In this document: piece after piece, positions 1 to 13,344 of the stretch | Position numbering within the stretch: position 1 is the stretch's first letter | How the letters are laid out: the number at the start of each line of letters is the position of its first letter | Notes under the pieces: generated by a model | What the model saw: the letters and a program-made list of their open reading frames with translations, nothing else | Database searches by the model: none | What the model was told of the DNA's origin: nothing | Program-made: the position numbers and the translations under genes | NCBI GenBank assembly: GCA_043228905.1 | Contig: JBHGNT010000018.1 | Location: forward strand, 9,486,001-9,550,000 | Length of the DNA stretch: 64,000 nt | Direction of reading: 5' to 3' | Source: Azolla caroliniana | Taxonomy: Eukaryota; Plantae; Polypodiophyta

Positions 1-898
1 TTGAAAATATGTTCATAGATCCAAGTGCTTGATGCATCAATCTCTTGTCAAGGTTTTCGTGGGGTTCGTGATAAAATTTTCGGCTCACCAATCAAAGTTC
101 TTAAGGAGAAATTACGAGGAAAAGACAATGATGAACGTCATGAGAAAAAAAGTCTTATCTTCGACCTTGGAATTTTGGGCGGTGTCTTGACAATGGTTTG
201 CCTAGTCCTTTTGTCATTCTTGGGCATTGATTAGGTCTAAGATCAAGGCTTGATTAACCTAGTTGAGTGTTTACATTCGTTATTTCATTGACAATGGTTG
301 CCACAGAATTGATCCGTCTGCCATTCTTGGGCATTGTTCCGCTCCAAGACTAAGTCTCGATTAACCTCCTCAAGTGTCTTATTATGTTCATTCTTTCATA
401 GAAGGTTTTACTAAGGTTATTGGCATTTCCACATTATTGTTGTTTTTGACTAGATTTGAAAGGGGACCGAACCCATATTCAAATGTGAACTAGTCCCAAG
501 TCATTGAAAGGTTCCAATTTCTCACCTCATGCTTGGAATCGTGTTCCGAAAAATCCGACACTAACCTCACATAAATTCTTCCCATGGACAATGCGAGTTT
601 TTAAATGTGGTCATTCTAGGACTCATCTTTTTGTCAAGTGTTTCTTCAGATTGTGTAAATTTGCGCTCCGAGTTCAAAAAAATTGAGTCGAAAAAACCAG
701 TGGGTTTCTCGTTTGATCGTGATTAGTTTTAGGTTGAGAATTTCTTTTTGCGTTTCTTTTCCCCTGACATCATATCATGGCTTTGGGAGCAGAGATGCCA
801 ATCGTCATCGTGTGCAGGAAAAAGGGAAGGGAATGCTTCTTCTTCTTCTTCATTTGTTTCTTCCAAAATTACACAAAGAGCCACCCCTCAAGCCATCA

Positions 899-1000
899 TG
901 CTGATGATGATAGATGGAACTAATGATAAGTGATTGATGATAGATGATTGATAACGATGATAGATGATGATCATGATGTTAGATGATGATGTTAGATTAT
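899..1000. repeat. Degenerate (GAT/GATA)n simple repeat
   Basis: Run of gatgat/gatagat units. Confidence 0.7.
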
Positions 1001-2048
1001 CATGCTATTAGATGAGGCTGGTAACTACCATGTGTATAGATGGTCCTTGTTTTGTTATGTCTCTCTAGTTCCCAGTTGCGTGGCCCTACCCCTTGTGTGT
1101 GTGTACAGGAAATGGTTTGCCCTCCATGTAGAAGAGAAAAACTGAGCTCCTTGATGGGGTTGTATTTCACTTGTCTTTGATGCGACATCATGTGTGGACT
1201 GGGTGGATGCCCAAGCTTGCTTGGTGTTGAAAACCGAGCTCTCAACGATATGTTTCTTTTCCGATGGCGGGTTACTAATTAATGGGGCAAACAATTTTTG
1301 TTTGGTTGTGGAACCTAATCTTTGGACAATATCTTACAACATTGTCATGTTGGGTGGATGATTGCTTTGCCATGTATAGAAGCTAGGACTTTGAGGAAAG
1401 CTTACTTGTCTTATGGTAGAAGGGTGTTGGATGGGTGGAAAGTTTTTTGTTGGTGTAAAATCTAAGATTTTAAGTATACTTTACTCATCCAATGAGGTGC
1501 GGAAATTGTTTTGTTTTGTGCAAAATTTTGGGGCTATCTTACTTGTTTGATGGTCAAGTATTGAACAAATGGACAACTTTTTGTCTATGCAAACCTAGGT
1601 TTTCAAGAATATCTTACACATCATGTGAGGTGGACTAACTACTTGTCTAGTTTACGATGATGTTTGGCACAAGATCACTAATCATAGAAAAAATTGGTTT
1701 TTCATTGATCATTGTTTGTCTTATTCACATTGTTGTGGCACAATTGAGTTCCCGAAGTACCTTGCGAAGTAGTCTCACGAGTAATGATGGCAAACTACTA
1801 CGTTGTATATTCATTGATTTCCCCTTAGACTTGCCCTTTACATGATGTCAATCTTTATAACAACAACATCAATACTAGTCCTACCCAATGGTTTCCCCCC
1901 CTTCTCTATACACACTAAACTTTGATTTTTCATATTCACAGATTTGAGTTCCCTTATTTTGAGGGCCCAAACCTTGAAGTGAAGCCTCTTTATCACCTGC
2001 TCTAAAAGATGTTCCTTCATCCATAACTACAATATCTTACATACCAAC

Positions 2049-2321
2049 TGTTGAGAATCAAACTCAACTTCCCTAGTGTGGGAACACACCCTAGTGTGTG
2101 AACACCCCACCACCTATTTTAACAACTAGTGTGTCATAGAATCTTATAGTTCTATGGCACATATTCAGTGTAGTTAAGTCTCCACCTCCCTTTAGTTAAG
2201 ATGTGGTTGTAGAAAGAGAATATAAAGAGAAGGTGACTATATAAGCACCCCCCCACCTTATTTGTAATTGTTGGTCATTCTTGCAATCTTTTCCTTGATA
2301 ATATAGTCTTTGTTGGGTTTC

Positions 2322-2357
<36 letters not shown>

Positions 2358-2363
2358 CGCGCG

Positions 2364-2398
<35 letters not shown>

Positions 2399-2435
2399 CT
2401 CTTCCGCTACACATACTCACTCTCAGTTCTTTACA
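2049..2435 (+). mobile_element. Solo LTR (~387 bp), family unassigned
   Basis: TG...CA ends (tgttgag...ttaca), 5-bp TSD CCAAC at 2044-2048 and 2436-2440, TATA-like ctatataag at ~2237, internal (CT)n(CA)n. Confidence 0.7.
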
Positions 2436-2599
2436 CCAACATCTCTCTCAACTCCTTCCTTAACATTCCCTTTATTAGGAACCTCCAAAGTTGAAGGACA
2501 ATGATGTTAGCATTCTGCCATAAAGTGACCCCATTCACCACATCCAAAACAATAACCTGCAAATGTCTCCCACTTCAAATTTGCCTAACTCTATGTATA

Positions 2600-2970
2600 T
2601 GTCATGGATGAGTAGAACAAAGCATAACCAAGACAAGAAACTAAATACTTCAAGAGAGAAGAGACAAGAGAAAGATAACAAAAACTCAACTTATGCTTCC
2701 GTAACTGGAGTTGTTCACCTTGATTGGAATAAAGGTACACCCAAGTATGTATACAAGAAGGTGGAGGTATGTATGCAAGCTAGGAATATTCTAGAGAATG
2801 CATGAGGATGCATTCTCTAGAAGTTTCTAGAAAGTTCTAGTGTTCAACATACAATGTATCAAGTTGAATTTTATACAAGGATGTCCCACATATGGGGTTC
2901 CCGATACAAATTCCTAGTATAAATCTATCTCATAATGATGCCACCTAATAATTGTGTTAATGTTGTGACA
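2600..2970 (-). mobile_element. Solo LTR related to the Tcn1-like LTRs at 15307 and 51152
   Basis: tgtcatg...gtgaca ends, TSD GTATA at 2595-2599 and 2971-2975; shares the ccgtaactgg..ttgttcaccttgatt motif and tctaga repeats with 15307-15679. Confidence 0.75.
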
Positions 2971-3039
2971 GTATAAGAAGATAATGAAGGCAGTTCATGT
3001 AGAAGAAGTGGTTCATCATGCTTGCTTCATGTGGATTCA

Positions 3040-3406
3040 AGGCCTTCATACGGTGATATAGACCGACAACCAAATCGCGTCGAGGTTGGTCATGAGATTC
3101 TATCGTATCAAGGAAGCCTTATCATCAATTAAGGATCAGTGACCGACCGAAGCATGATGTAGCTTCGGTGTCGTGTTAAACAAGCTAGCTACATTTGAGA
3201 GTATTATATTAAGTGACATTTGAGAGACTTCAACCCACAACCTTATATACCAAGTAGAAAGTACATATCACTAAGCTAAGTTGTTTTTCAAAACCATGTT
3301 TTCATCATTGTACTTATGCCATGTAAATTTTCATACACGAGAGCTCGAATGAGTGAGATGGTTATCATGCACCACATGCATTCCATGCATTTTATGCATG
3401 CCTTGT
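3040..3406 (+). mobile_element. Old Phygy-like LTR fragment (U3), truncated by a copia LTR; left end approximate
   Basis: 3260-3406 aligns with the reverse complement of 28037-28220 (gagctcgaatgagtgagatggttatcatgc...catgcattccatgcat). Confidence 0.65.
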
Positions 3407-3609
3407 TGTTGGGAAAATTGGTCCCTCCGGATGGAGAGATAAGTTAAATAGTCCATATTATGTATGAGTATAAATACACTTGGGGCAAATAATTATATAA
3501 GTGATGAATCATTAGGGTGCATTGGAGTGTAGTGTTTGTATAAGAGAGAGAGAGAGAATATAACTCCTTTGTAACTGTTTGTGGACGAGGAAGAACTCAA
3601 GGTTGTTGC

Positions 3610-4058
3610 TGTTGTCCGCCGGAATAGTAACCGACGGACAAGAGCACAGGAATACAGAATAGTATAATATTGTAACGCATGTAACGGTTCACGCGGGAAG
3701 CGTGAACGACTAAAAGACCTTGCGTATATAAAGGGCAGAAAACCTCTGATAGAGGGAGCGTGTAATTTTGAATGTAAGAGACGTATCGTAATAGAATTCT
3801 ATCTTCTTTGATATCTGTGTGTAGCTACGACTAATCTACTGTGTGTCTGTAACACCTGAGAGCGTAGGAGTAAGTAACGGCGTGTGTATTAGCCCACTGT
3901 CAAAGGAGCTCGGTTATAGCCGTCTCCCTTATACGCTGCTAGGTTACGGGGAACATCCCACTAAGTATTACGCACAGACGCTACCATTCGTTGTCACACA
4001 GTTACTTGGAGGTCTAGGTCGAAGGACTGACCGTAGATCGTGATCCTAATCGGTAACA
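3610..4058 (+). repeat. 5' LTR of the first Ty3 element
   Basis: Direct repeat of 12897-13344; TATA gtatataaag at ~3724. Confidence 0.93.
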
Positions 4059-4062
4059 CTTT

Positions 4063-4076
4063 TGGCACGCTTGGTG
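4063..4076 (+). promoter_or_regulatory. Primer-binding site, tRNA-Arg type
   Basis: TGGCACGCTTGGTG 4 nt after the LTR; matches the recalled plant tRNA-Arg(UCU) 3' end ...CACCGAGCGUGCCA with one G-U pair. Confidence 0.75.
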
Positions 4077-4092
4077 ATCTGTGTCTTCTCAC

Positions 4093-7000
4093 AGACGAAC
4101 AACGACGAATGGATGTTTAGCCGCAGACGCCCCAGAGAACCAACACGACCAGACTGGCCAATCACAAGGTCCATCACACGCCAGGCAGAGGAACGCGCAC
4201 GGGAGAAGCCTCGCCTCAGCGACCTCAACACTACCTGTCGTGATCACAAAGGTGATTTCCCGCTCTCCAAATACCTCGACGATACGCGGGGATCACGCTC
4301 ACCACAGCAGCACTGTGGTCTTTCCTAGCCCGCCGTAGCCCCCAGCATGGCCTTTGCCTATCCCTGCTTTAACGGCGAAACCGACGCAGCAACTCACATT
4401 CGCCTGTTCCTCAATGTCTGGAATGCAAACCACATGGCACAAAGCCTTTCTGAGGCGATAGCGCACCAGTCCAAAATGATGGAGTTCGGGTTAACATTGG
4501 ATGGGCAAGCGGCGTTTTGGCATTCCTAGATGGATCTGCCAGCAATCACGACCTTCGACCAGTTGTAGTCCGCCTTTTTGCGGTTCTTCCATCGGAGGGT
4601 TCCACAACGCGAAATCCTCGGACAGTTCTACACAATTAAGCAGCTTCTGACCGAGACAATTGTAGACTTCAACTTATGTTTCCAAAATTTACGGCGAAAA
4701 CTAGAACGGGGCCCCGCGGAGGACGAGGCTCGAGAGACATTTCTGGCGGCATTACGCCGATCCATACAGACAACACTCAACAAAAATAGCGTGAAAGGGG
4801 AGACAACGGATATGGTCATTGAACAGCGCTACAGCTCGAGTTGGACGACGAAGAGGAAAGGTTTTCTGTGTCATTACGACAAGCGTTACCTCAGGACGAG
4901 GAACGACAGTTTCATCAAGCAATCCAGTGCACGATTTGCTTGAACTCAAGGCATTCCGTAGTGGAGTGCAACATGCGAATCCACTGCCCAATCTGTCACT
5001 CGAAGGCTCACACAGTCGAACAGTGTGAATAGAATATGCTGAATAGAGCCGCTCCCACAATACGCAGCATGGACACACAATGTCCCCCACGCTGTCCTGA
5101 ACAAAGGAGGCAAGAAGACTGACCACGGTATATGGATCGCAACCCACGTGACGACCGGCACTACCGGAATAACCGGAATCACAATGATTCCGAGGAAGAC
5201 GAGCCAGAGGATGAGGACTACCGTGGTTCCCCTCGATATGCTAAAGGGGGCCGAGGCTATGAGAATCACCGGCCGACAAACAAACGTGGCGGCTTCAATG
5301 GATCTCGTGGGAAGCAGCGACAATATCGGGACCATCGACGATATGACGAAAGCACGGACGAAGAACGGCATCAAGAACCACGCCGGGCCCAACAACAACC
5401 ACCGTGTACGCTCCAAAAAACGAGGCCGGACTGTGAGGAGCAAGTCGCACCGGGGGATCGGCACGCACCACCAGGCGCCGAGAAGGGTGAATCGAGCATC
5501 CATTGTTTCGTTTGTCAGCAGCCCAGACATTATGCCGCGCAATGCCCAGTACGCAAGGGCAAGGGGCCCGCCGTCAATACGATTATGATAGAAGTGCAGC
5601 AAGTCACGACACGCCAGCAAACGAAAATGGCCGATTGGGCCGCGCAAGATGAGATACGACAACAAGCCCATGCATGGGTTGAAAAAACAAACGCGACAAA
5701 TACGGAATGCATGCGGAAGGAGTCTGCGAAAACAATGGGGCTAGTGGAGGATGAAAGATCGACCCCGGACCCCATTTGGCAAGCACTGGCAGGCTGCGAG
5801 ATAACGTTAACCATGGAGAAGCTGCTGCAACTAGTCCCACGCTTCCGCCAGACCATGGAAGAACGGGTGACGGGCATACCCGGGGCGAGCGTCGCTACGA
5901 ATCTCACGGACATTAGCGACGGACCTTCGGTAGTGGATCACCACAACCCGACTATTACATTGATATTACACGGCCAGGAAATCCCAAGCTGCATAATCGA
6001 TGGCGGCTCAGGCGTTAATGTAATTAGCGCGAAAACATGCGAGCAGTTAGGTATTTCAGAATGGGAGGCTTGCTCGTTCTGGCTCCTTATGGAAGATACC
6101 CGCTCAGTACGACCATTGGGGTTGATACGCAAGGTCGGCATTATCGTGGGAGGACATCGCTTCAGCATCTCGGCGGTAGTCCTCAGCCTGGACGCCCCAG
6201 GGGCATACCCTATGCTGCTGGGCAGACCGTGGCTTCGTGCAACGAATATCAAGCAGAGCTGGCAACACAAGTGTATCAGTTTTCGACACGGACGCACCAA
6301 GGTTCGCGTACCTATGGAGGAAAGGGCGACACAATCCAAGGGTATAACACCATTATACCCGGAAGATATAAATATGCTAGCCGGGGTGGAGGATGCAAAA
6401 TTAGAGGCATACCTAGACGAGCACCCTTGGATTATTCCGCTGTTCGAAATTGACCTCATCGCAACTGCGACAGAATATGCCACGACCACTACTCTCCAAG
6501 ACGAGACTTACAAACCAAACCTGGAGTCAATCTTGGAACTAAGCAGAGCACGCACAACATTCGAGAGGGAAATGGAAATTTCACGGCGAGTCACCGCCTC
6601 CGCCCTAGAAGAAGTAAACGTGGGTACGGCGTCAGAACCCCGTTTTCTCTCCATTGCAAAAGAATTAAGGCTGGATCAGAGAGACGCGATGATCGAACTA
6701 CTCAAGAAATATAAAGATGTGTTTGCCTGGGTTCATGAGGACATGAAGGGGTTAGATCCGAAGTTCTATCAATATAAGATCAATTTAGCAATCGACGCAA
6801 AACCGGTGCAGCAACGTCGCTACTGCATGAACCCGAACTACGCGACCCGCGTAAAGGAAGAAATTGACAAACTCCTAAAGGCGGGATTTATATGGCTAAT
6901 TAGACAAGCCGCATGGTTAAGTCTGATAGTAGTCGTTCCAAAGAAAAATGGCAAAATACGGGTATGCGTGGATTACCGAAAATTAAATGCCGTAACCATT

Positions 7001-9780
7001 ACAGACGTCATAATGTAAAAATAGGCTGTATGTAACCGTTTTTTTTTTTCGTAACAGTTACATATAGCCTATTTTTACATTATGATACAAGTGGGGCCGT
7101 CCACTTACGCTGCGGGTTCTCCGGCTTTGTCCTGTCCGGGGGTGAATGTGTTAGGTGGCGTAGGTAAGGTTTAAGGCGGAACCCATTCACCTTTTGTCGT
7201 AAGACTTCCCCGGCCAGTGTGCCTAGTTGGAACGTGCCTTGTTCCGCTCCTATTATCCAGTACGGTCTTGTCCAACGGAATCGTAACTTCCCTGGCATAT
7301 GGCCCATGCAGGTTTGGAAAACCAGTACCGCTCGACCGACCGCGAAATCCTTTTCCCGTTACCATTCACTGATAGTGTACTGGACGCCGTCGCAGGACAT
7401 GACATGTACAATTTTTTAGATGGCTTCAGTGGCTATAACTAGGTACACATGCATCCCGATGACCAAGAGAAGACGACATTTGTCACGGATTGGGGAGTCT
7501 ATGTGGCAGTCGTCATGAAGTTCGGGCTAAAAACGGCGCCGGCAACATTTCAACGGACAATCACGGAGATCCTTGGGGAATATATTCCAGCGTTGATGCA
7601 AGTTTTTTTAGACGATTTTGCGGTATATGGGAAAAAAACCGACCATTTTATGCATCTGCAACTGTGCTTGGAACATTGCCGCACCGCACGCTTAAGCTTG
7701 AATCCCGCGAAATGTGCCTTCGACGTGACTAGCGGGACGCTCCTAGGCCATATAGTCAGCAAAGAGGGAATAGCGGTCAATCCAAACAAGATCTCCGCGA
7801 TTACTCAAGACAAAACTCCGACAAACGCGAAATCACTCAACCGGTTTTTAGGCCAAATACGATGGTATAGTCGGATGATATGATATTTGGTGGACTTCGC
7901 CACGCCGTTACATGCTGCCGTGCATCAGACTCCCTTCCAATGGACTGCAACGGAGGACAAGGCCTATGAGGCGCTCAAGATAATGCTCACACAGGCACCT
8001 GTCGTATAGCCACCAGTTTGGGCGAAGCCATTCCACGTGTTCGTAGATGCCTCGGACATAGCAATAGGAAGTGTGCTAATGCAGCTCACCGAACTGAATT
8101 GGTACCGGCCAACCTACTACGCTAGTCGCAAATTATCAACAACGGAGTGTAACTATTCCACAACGCAGCTTGAGGCATTAGGGATGATCTATAGTATTAA
8201 TAAATTCCGGCATTATCTGTTGGGGAGGAAATTCACGTTCCACGTGGATCATTCGACATTGTTGTATTTGGTGGAGAAACAAGCACAGATGGGGAAATTG
8301 GCGCGATGGATGTTGCTGCTTCAAGAATTCGATTTTGTAATTCAGCACCGACCGGGTACGCAACACGTAGTGGCAAATTTTTTGAGTAGACTCGATAATG
8401 GAGAAACAGTACAGAAGGATGACGATGACTTTCCAGACGTAGACATTCTGCGGGTAGCAGCACTAGCAGAAAGAATGGAAACGACCTTTCCGAACCGGTG
8501 GCTTATGGAAATGACACAATTACGCACGGGCGAGAAGAAACGATTAGCCGTCCAGAGCCGTAACTTCTGCCTAGTAGAAGGAATTTTATATCACAAAGGT
8601 AGTGATGGCATTTGGCGACGTAGTGCACATCAGGATGAGAAAGAAACAGTCTTACGGGAGGCTCACTGCGGCACGGCAGGCGGCCATTACGCGGGCGATG
8701 TTACGGCTCGAAAAATATGGCAAGCAAGCCTATGGTGGTTGACTACACAGAAGGATGCATACGAGTATTGCATGAAGTGCAATTTGTGTCAATGGATGGG
8801 CCAGTCCACGGAGGGCGCAAGGATGCCTCACCAGCTCGTATTACCGTTAGATCTCTTCCAAAAGTGGGGATTGGATTTTGTGGGCCCCTTCACACCGATG
8901 GTGGCCCGTACGGGCAATAAATACATATTGGTAGCAACGGATTACTGCACCAAGTGGGTAGAAGCAAAGGCACTACGAGAGAATACGACGACCGTCACAT
9001 CGAGATTCCTTTATGAACACATCTGGTGTCGGTTCGGCTGTCCGATTGAGCTTATCAGTGACCAGGGGAGCCACTTTCTCAATACGGTCGTTCGAGAACT
9101 AACGCATCATTACGCCGTAGTCCACAAGAAAAATACGCCATATTATCCACAGGCGAATGGGTTAGCGGAATCCACCAACAAGACGTTGCAGACCATCTTA
9201 AAGAAAATCGTCAATGAAAATAGAACGGAGTGGGATACCAAATTACAGAGTGCGTTATGGGCGTACAAAACCAGCTACAAAACAAGCATACAGTCAACAC
9301 CGTTTCGACTAGCGTTTGGGTTGGAGGCCGTGATGCCGGTAGAGTTTCAGATACCCAGTTTACGGATTCAAGTACGGGACCGACTGTTGGAAGCCAAGTC
9401 GGAGGAGGTACGGCTCCACTAGCTACTCAAACTCGGTGAGAAACGCGTACATAGCATGGTGGTGTTGGAGCAGGAACAACGAGGCGTAAAGCGTTTGTGG
9501 ATCGACATCGGAATGCATGGGAAAGGAATTTCACGGTCGGTCAAGCGGTACTGGTTTTCCAAACCCGCATGGGCCATATGCCAGGGAAGTTACGATTCCG
9601 CTGGACATGCCCGTACTGGATAATAGGAGCGGAACAAGGCACGTTCCAACTAGGCACGCTGGCCGGGGAAGTCTTATGAAAAAAGGTGAATGGGTTCCGC
9701 CTTAATCCTTAGATGGGCCCTATGCCACCTAACCCATTCACCGTCTGACAGGACAAACTCGGAGAACCTGCGGCGTAAGT
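4093..9780 (+). pseudogene. Disrupted gag-pol polyprotein (gag, CCHC knuckles, protease, RT, RNase H, integrase)
   Basis: CFVCQQPRHYAAQC zinc knuckle, IIDGGSG protease, VCVDYRKLN and FLDD RT motifs, VDAS RNase H, HHCC and GLDF..DQG..AE integrase; several stops, frameshifts and an inverted insertion at 7008-7350. Confidence 0.92.
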
Positions 9781-10025
9781 GGACGGGCCACTTGTATCAT
9801 AATGTAAAAATAGGTTGTATGTAACCGTTACGAAACGAAAAAAAAAGGAAAAGAAGAAGAAGAGAAGATAACGACGCTATTAAAAAAGGACTGAATGCAT
9901 GCACAGACTTCTAGACAAAGAACACGTGGCACCACGATGGTTCACCGCCCAATGAACCTTAGGCCACAAAAAGAAGGAAATAGAAGGTCTTTTGCACAAA
10001 ATAGAAATCCACCTCCTAACCCTCA

Positions 10026-12849
10026 GTGCTCTCATCGCTCCCTTCCCTCACCTTCTCCTCCATCCTAGCACAGAGATCAAACCTACCGCCACCACCAATC
10101 TTCTCCCCACGAGCTTACTCTGACTATGCCGATATTTATCTCTATCGCCTTACGTCGATGGCTCGTGGAGAAACACCTGGATGGGCACATCAGGGTCGTA
10201 GAGGCACCTCCACACCCGGATGCATTGGACATCGCCAGGAAGCTCAATATCGACACGATCACCAACTCCATCCGGAAAAAGTTGGACCTGTCATCCCTAG
10301 GTGAGAGGCATTTCAAAATCCCCCCTACGGAGTCGCTGTAGAGGTATTTCGGCCTGTATTCCTCTTCCGCCAAGGCCTATAGAAAGAAGGAGATCCCGGA
10401 TCCCTTTTTCCGTGAAGTCGCCAAGTTCCTATTAGAGGTCGGATGCGTACACATAAACGCATATGGGATGCCCAAGCAGAAGGCAGGTATCATTATTGAT
10501 ACCTTTGAAGGGCGTGCGGTCGACTGGGGAGTCATCACGGGGCCGACGTTAAGGGAAGGCTTGCACGCATATCAAGGAGGCAAGAAGCTCAGGCCTATCA
10601 TACAACAGTACCTGACGATACTATTCCCACCCCGAGGCCTGCCGGCATCGTAGCCCAACAGACCCACGCCATCGCCCCGATCCACGAAGCGCAGGTTAGC
10701 GGAGTTAGCCGCCATAGAGTGGGAGGATGAACCCCAACCTGCCCAACCGGACACACGGACAACGCCGGAAGAGCAGGCGGCGCGCTCCGCGGAAGCGGCA
10801 CCAGAGCCAGGCGCCGAACCACGACAAGATAGCCCTAGGCCGAAACGACGAAGACTAGACAAGAAAGATGGGTGGGGATTAGTTAAAGACATACCCACGG
10901 CGGCAGAGACAACGACGGAAGGCGATGACTCCACAGCCATGGAGCCCAACACCACCTTCGAAATAATCCGGGAGCCACGGCCGATCATTACGGCCCAGTC
11001 ACAACGAGGGAAAGCCATATTGACGGCGGAAAGCGAGGTTTTGGGATATCCGGATATCCTGGACACGGCCCATGAATTCAACGCACTCTTGCAGTACGGA
11101 ACCTCTTTTGAGCTCATAGAATTCTTGGCAACGCAATAGATAAAGGCCTCACACTGAATGGCCGAGGAGCACGCGGAGCGCCAGATGATCGAGCGCGCCT
11201 TAACACAAATGGCGGAGAGCGACGATGAGGACCAGTTAGCCAGAGTCGGCAGACGGAGGAACGCCGGGATACGCCGAATGGGGATGGAACTACCCCCATT
11301 GAACACGGCCCTAGTTCAAGTCCATAGGGAACTGGCAAAGGTCAGCACGAGCGCTAAGGAGATGGCCATTAAAAATAAGAATGTCTGGAAGAAGGTGAAA
11401 CTGACCCAAGCCGAGCTGCAAAAAGCCAACGAATGCATCGTGGAGTTGGAAACTAACGCGGCTATGGCACAACAGGCAACTCCACCACCAAACCACGCCA
11501 TCGAAGCCTTGAAGGAAGAGATTGAGGCTCAGACCGCCATTGCCTCAAAAGCAAAAAGGGCTGTACACTAGCGGAATCAGAAATTGACCACCTCCGTGCT
11601 GAAATTCGCCAGTCCTCAAACAGGGAAAAGGATATCCGGGCCAACGGCTGAAAGGCAGTAAAAACCCTTGAAGAGGAACTCACTACGGAGACAACACAAC
11701 ACACCCGGACAAAAGTAAAATTACGGGAGGAAGCGAAGAAATCGGGAGCGGCAATGGCGGGTCTCCATGCCTTATTGGAGAAAAAGAAGGCTTGGTTCGA
11801 CGAGCAGCTGATGGGCAAACATGAAAGAAGGCATCAACTCGAAATCTGCCTAAACAATGAAATGGGGAAATTAGAAGAACTACATGTGAAGGAATCCCAG
11901 CTGTGGGCGGGTATGAAGAGCACGTATGAAGAAGTGACGACAGTTAGTTAGCAGGAAATCACAAACCTCAAGAAGTCGGTGGAAGAAGCACGCAACCGTT
12001 GCCAGGCCATCACAAACAACGTGCGTATCCTTCTACAAACCAATCGGCAGAGGTTTACAATGCAATTGAAAATGGCGTTGGACAAAGGATGGATGGCATG
12101 GGCAGCCCCAAGCGGCGGAATTGCACACGTATCATGCGGACTGGGAGAATCGGAGAAAAGACGGCTGAGGCTTCTATAAACTCAATGAGGAGAGCATTGC
12201 GGCAGTACGTGAGGACCTAGCGCAGGACTATCATGTGCTAGCGGACCAACATTTCAAAGAACTCGCGTAGCTATTAGATGATTTTGGTGAAAGTTAGGAG
12301 GATATGTTTCACCAGATCACGCAAGCCGGCAACCCACGAACGAATGAGGGACCCATCGCGACACCAATTCCGGATACTGCCGAAGAAGAGGAACCTCAGG
12401 CCAGGTCACTAGAAATCACAACTACGGTGAAAAGCGCAGAATGGCGAGCGGAGTCCCCCACCATACCAGACAACGTAACCTCTGCCCAAGAGGAACCCCA
12501 TCTACCAGAGCATACGCTATCGGCCGACCACACGGAGAACGTTGCGAACCAAGCGGAACCGCAAAACCACTCCCTAGTGCGTACAATGACGACCGACACC
12601 ACGGAGGAAGTGACGGATACGACGGAGCCGTGGACGACTGCAAGCCCGCCGTCGGCTGAGCCCAACCCCCTTGCCCACGAAGAGCCCATAGAACCCGGGC
12701 CACCCACACAGGACGATCGCGACACCATGAGAAGCCCTCCCGACCAAATAGGGGAACCACACCACGATGCACATACGGGCCCTACGCCGTCTCCGGACGC
12801 TGACACCGTAGCAGAGCCAAACATCAGGGGCATTTTGGAAGAAGAGTAA
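10026..12849 (+). pseudogene. Extra sense-strand ORF after pol (coiled-coil middle, Pro/Thr/Glu-rich end), fragmented
   Basis: Successive + strand ORF pieces (10026, 10126, 10468, 10939, 11158, 11754, 12304) ending at TAA 12849 just before the 3' LTR. Confidence 0.65.
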
Positions 12850-12896
12850 AGGGATGGGTCCGACGTGCCATGGCACTGTCCCACAAGCGTGCCAGG

Positions 12897-13344
12897 TGTT
12901 GTCTGCCGGAATAGTAATCGAGGACAAGAGTGCAGGAATACGGAATAGTATAATATTGTAACGCATGTAATGGTTCACGCGGGAAGAGTGAACGTCTAAA
13001 AGACCCTGCGTATATAAAGGGCAGAAAACCTCTGATAGAGGGAGCGTGTAATTTTGAATGTAAGAGACGTATCGTAATTGAATTCTATCTTCTCTGATAT
13101 TTGAGTGTAGCTACGGCTAATCTACTGTGTGTCTGTAACACCTGAGAGCGTAGGAGTAAGTAATGGTGTGTATATTAGCCCATTGTCAAAGGAGCTCGGT
13201 TGTAGCCGTCTCCCTTATACGCTGCTAGGTTACGAGCAACATCCCACTAAGTATTACGCATAGACGCTACCATTCATTGTCACAGAATCACTTGGAGGTC
13301 TAGGTCGAAGGACTGACCGTAGACCATGTTCCTAGTCGGTAACA
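12897..13344 (+). repeat. 3' LTR of the first Ty3 element
   Basis: Direct repeat of 3610-4058, followed by TSD GTTGC. Confidence 0.93.

Larger units (their letters stand above)
3610..13344 (+). mobile_element. Full-length degenerate non-chromovirus Ty3/gypsy element (Athila/Tat-like) with an extra 3' ORF
   Basis: LTRs 3610-4058 and 12897-13344 (TG..CA), TSD GTTGC on both sides, PBS TGGCACGCTTGGTG at 4063-4076, gag-PR-RT-RH-INT order. Confidence 0.93.

Noticed and set aside
1-2040. Host gene in the first 2 kb
   Set aside because: Only short ORFs and degenerate ~100-bp repeats (190-385, 1170-1660); probably decayed transposon sequence that I cannot assign.
2036-2048. Minus-strand PBS-like TGGTATG next to the LTR at 2049
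   Set aside because: It overlaps the CCAAC TSD of a solo LTR and does not extend to TGGTATCAGAGC.
3215-3283. tRNA-like module belonging to a copia LTR
   Set aside because: The copia LTR starts at 3407; the module lies in an older Phygy-like LTR fragment. I found no such module in the copia LTRs.
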